DNA of 64,000 nucleotides from Candidatus Azotimanducaceae bacterium (GTDB lineage Bacteria; Pseudomonadota; Gammaproteobacteria; Pseudomonadales; Azotimanducaceae): NCBI GenBank assembly GCA_965199875.1, contig OZ241346.1, positions 1,098,895 to 1,162,894 of the forward strand, read 5' to 3'. Shown piece by piece: positions 62,086 to 64,000 of this stretch (position 1 is its first letter; each line of letters starts with the position of its first letter). The notes under the pieces were generated by a model. It saw only the letters and a program-made list of their open reading frames with translations, ran no database searches and was not told where the DNA came from. The position numbers and the translations under genes were made by a program.

Positions 62086-64000
62086 ATGTTGCGCAGAATC
62101 TTTGTTCCAACGAGCTTGCGCTGGCTGGGCGCGGTGCCGCTGGCGCTCGCCATCGCATGCTGTACACCGAAGGCGGGTGCGCCGTCGGCCGCTGCGATTG
62201 CCGCCAACGACCGTGGCGTCGCGCTGATGGGGCAGTACCAGTACGCCGCCGCCGAGGAGGCATTCCGCCAACTCGCCGCCGACCAGCCGCAGTGGCTGGA
62301 AGCGCGGGTGAACCTCGCCATCGCGACCTTGAACCGCCAGCAGGAGGGCGACGAGCAGCTGGCGCTGGATCTGCTCGCCGCGGTGTTGGAGGAATCGCCG
62401 ACGCACCTGCGCGCTCTGTACACCAGCGCCATCCTGCACCTCTATCTGGGCGATGCCGCGCGCGCCGCCGGGCTGCTGCGCCAAGTCGCCGCGGCGGACG
62501 ATCAGGACGCCTACGCTGCCTACTTCCTGGGCCAGGCGTTGCTGCAGCAGGGCGACATGGCGGCGGCCAGCGAGTGGCTGTTGAAGAGCGTGGAACTGGA
62601 CCCGTACCTGCGCAGCGGCTACTGGGCCGGCGCCCAGGCGCTGCGCCGCGCGGGGCGCAGCGACGAAGCCGACCGGATGCTGGCCGAGTACCAGCGTTTC
62701 GCGGCCAATCCGGCGGCTCGTCTGGCCGGATTCTCGTATGCGCGCATGGGCCCCAAGGCCGCCGCCTTGGCCGTTGCCCCGGAGCGGCCGGCACCGGCGG
62801 CGAAGAAGCCCGAGGGAAGCCTGTTCGGGGCGGGGCGGCGCTTGCCGTCGCCAGTCGCCAGCGGCAGCTTGACGAGCGCGGACATCGACGGCGATGGCAT
62901 CCAGGATCTCGCCATGACCAACTCTTCAGGAACCACGGTTCTGCTTGGCAGCGAGGAAGGCTTCGCATCGGTCGAGCATCCGTTGGCGAAGGTCCGCGCC
63001 GAGGCGCTGCTTTGGGGCGACATGGACGACGACGGCTTGCTGGACGTGGTGGCCTGCTCTGGCGACGGCGTTCAGGTCTGGCGCCAGCAGCCAGCGGGAA
63101 GCTGGGCGAAGGCTGCCGCGCTGGGCGCCACGCCGTGCGCCGCCGGCGCCGTCTTCGATGCCGACCACGACGGCGACCTCGACGTGTTCAGCACCGGGCC
63201 CGCCGGCAACGAGCTCTACAGCAACGATCGCGACGGCGGCTTTCGGCTGCTGGCCAAGGACATGAACTTGCAGCAGAGCGATGGCCGCCAGGTGCTCCTA
63301 GCCGACCTCGACGCCGATCGGGACGTGGACGTGCTCGTGCTCAACCGAACTCCGCCGCACGCGGTTTGGCAGAACGACCGCACCTGGAACTACCGGCCTT
63401 TCCCCGGCCTCGCGGACTTCCAGCAGACGCCGCTCGCCGCCGTGGCCGCCGCGGATGCCGATGCCGACGGCTATCGGGAACTCTACGGCCTGGCCCCAAG
63501 CGGCGCGCTGTGGCGCTGGCGCTACGACGGCGCCACGTGGGAACGACAGCCGCTCGATGCCGCAGCCGACGGGGAGAGCGCGGCGGGGGAGTTGGACGTC
63601 GCCGACTTCGACGGCGACGGCAGGCTCGAACTGCTGCGCGTCCGGCAGGACGGTTTCGACATCGTTGAACCGGCCTCGGGAGATGTTCGCCATCGGCAGC
63701 GCGTGGACGGTCTCGCCACTGCCCTCGCCGTGACCCAGAACCCGGGCGACGGGCCTTCGCTGCTGGGGCTGGACGCCGAAGGGCTGATCCTGTGGCCGCC
63801 CGGCGCCGGTCGCCATCGGTTCCTCGAACTGGCCTTGAGCGGCCGCAGCGAGGCGGAGCAGATGCGCTCCAACGCCAGCGGCATCGGCACGCTGGTGAAG
63901 GTTCGCGCCGGCGGCCGCTGGACGGTGCTGGACGCCGTGGACACCCACTCCGGCAGCGGCCAAAGCCATCGGCCTTTGAGCGTCGGCCTCGGCGGTCTGG
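62086..64000 (+). CDS. TPR + FG-GAP/VCBS repeat + ASPIC/UnbV (CRTAC1-family) lipoprotein, 3' end outside window
   Basis: Own translation from ATG 62086: MLRRIFVPTSLRWLGAVPLALAIACC... (lipobox), then TPR-like helices. FG-GAP Ca-binding loops: DIDGDGIQDL, DMDDDGLLDV, DADHDGDLDV, DLDADRDVDV, DFDGDGRLEL. Then GIGTLVKVRAGGRWTV...GSGQSHRPLSVGLG (ASPIC/UnbV). Not in the track because there is no stop in the window. Confidence 0.75.
   Translation, partial: MLRRIFVPTSLRWLGAVPLALAIACCTPKAGAPSAAAIAANDRGVALMGQYQYAAAEEAFRQLAADQPQWLEARVNLAIATLNRQQEGDEQLALDLLAAVLEESPTHLRALYTSAILHLYLGDAARAAGLLRQVAAADDQDAYAAYFLGQALLQQGDMAAASEWLLKSVELDPYLRSGYWAGAQALRRAGRSDEADRMLAEYQRFAANPAARLAGFSYARMGPKAAALAVAPERPAPAAKKPEGSLFGAGRRLPSPVASGSLTSADIDGDGIQDLAMTNSSGTTVLLGSEEGFASVEHPLAKVRAEALLWGDMDDDGLLDVVACSGDGVQVWRQQPAGSWAKAAALGATPCAAGAVFDADHDGDLDVFSTGPAGNELYSNDRDGGFRLLAKDMNLQQSDGRQVLLADLDADRDVDVLVLNRTPPHAVWQNDRTWNYRPFPGLADFQQTPLAAVAAADADADGYRELYGLAPSGALWRWRYDGATWERQPLDAAADGESAAGELDVADFDGDGRLELLRVRQDGFDIVEPASGDVRHRQRVDGLATALAVTQNPGDGPSLLGLDAEGLILWPPGAGRHRFLELALSGRSEAEQMRSNASGIGTLVKVRAGGRWTVLDAVDTHSGSGQSHRPLSVGLGGL

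Noticed and set aside
60971..63668. ORFs 60971..62968 (-) and 61995..63668 (+)
   Set aside because: Both are junk frames. The real gene in 62086..64000 is in the third plus frame (TPR/FG-GAP/ASPIC protein) and is missing from the track only because it has no stop in the window.

Overview
High-GC (about 70%) proteobacterial chromosomal window, probably gammaproteobacterial (weak inference from gene content). About one third of it (4.2-26.9 kb) is a single accessory locus. It holds a 2,535-aa lipoprotein-like giant protein with 20 InlB-B-repeat-like units, a Calx-beta-like block and Cys-rich modules. Three tandem, near-identical paralogous genes of 3.5-4.9 kb follow it. The four genes are joined head-to-tail by 1-nt tgATG stop/start overlaps. 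Each paralog encodes a signal peptide, a reprolysin-like metzincin domain whose catalytic Glu is replaced by Val (HVLGH), an Ig/BACON-like domain, a Cys-capped LRR domain, an Ig-like domain and a conserved C-terminal tail. Decayed, promoterless partial copies flank the locus on both sides. The right-hand copy ends exactly at a 12-nt six-frame stop sequence that looks like a contig-joining linker. I consider this locus the best candidate for an undescribed surface or host-interaction (possibly variable) system. The remaining sequence is mostly ordinary metabolism and repair: soxB, a molybdopterin oxidoreductase pair, an FAD-oxidoreductase/SelD fusion, dinB with an SOS box, coaE, a copA-containing copper/heme operon, a FAN1-like nuclease plus helicase, nadK and cysE. 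Smaller oddities include a coupled ligase/deacylase/acetyltransferase operon, a lower-GC two-gene membrane/PLD-like islet, a nucleotidyltransferase pair, and a textbook sigma54 promoter driving an orphan PspB-like gene. Many of the longest track ORFs are GC-driven artefacts or chimeras and were not called.
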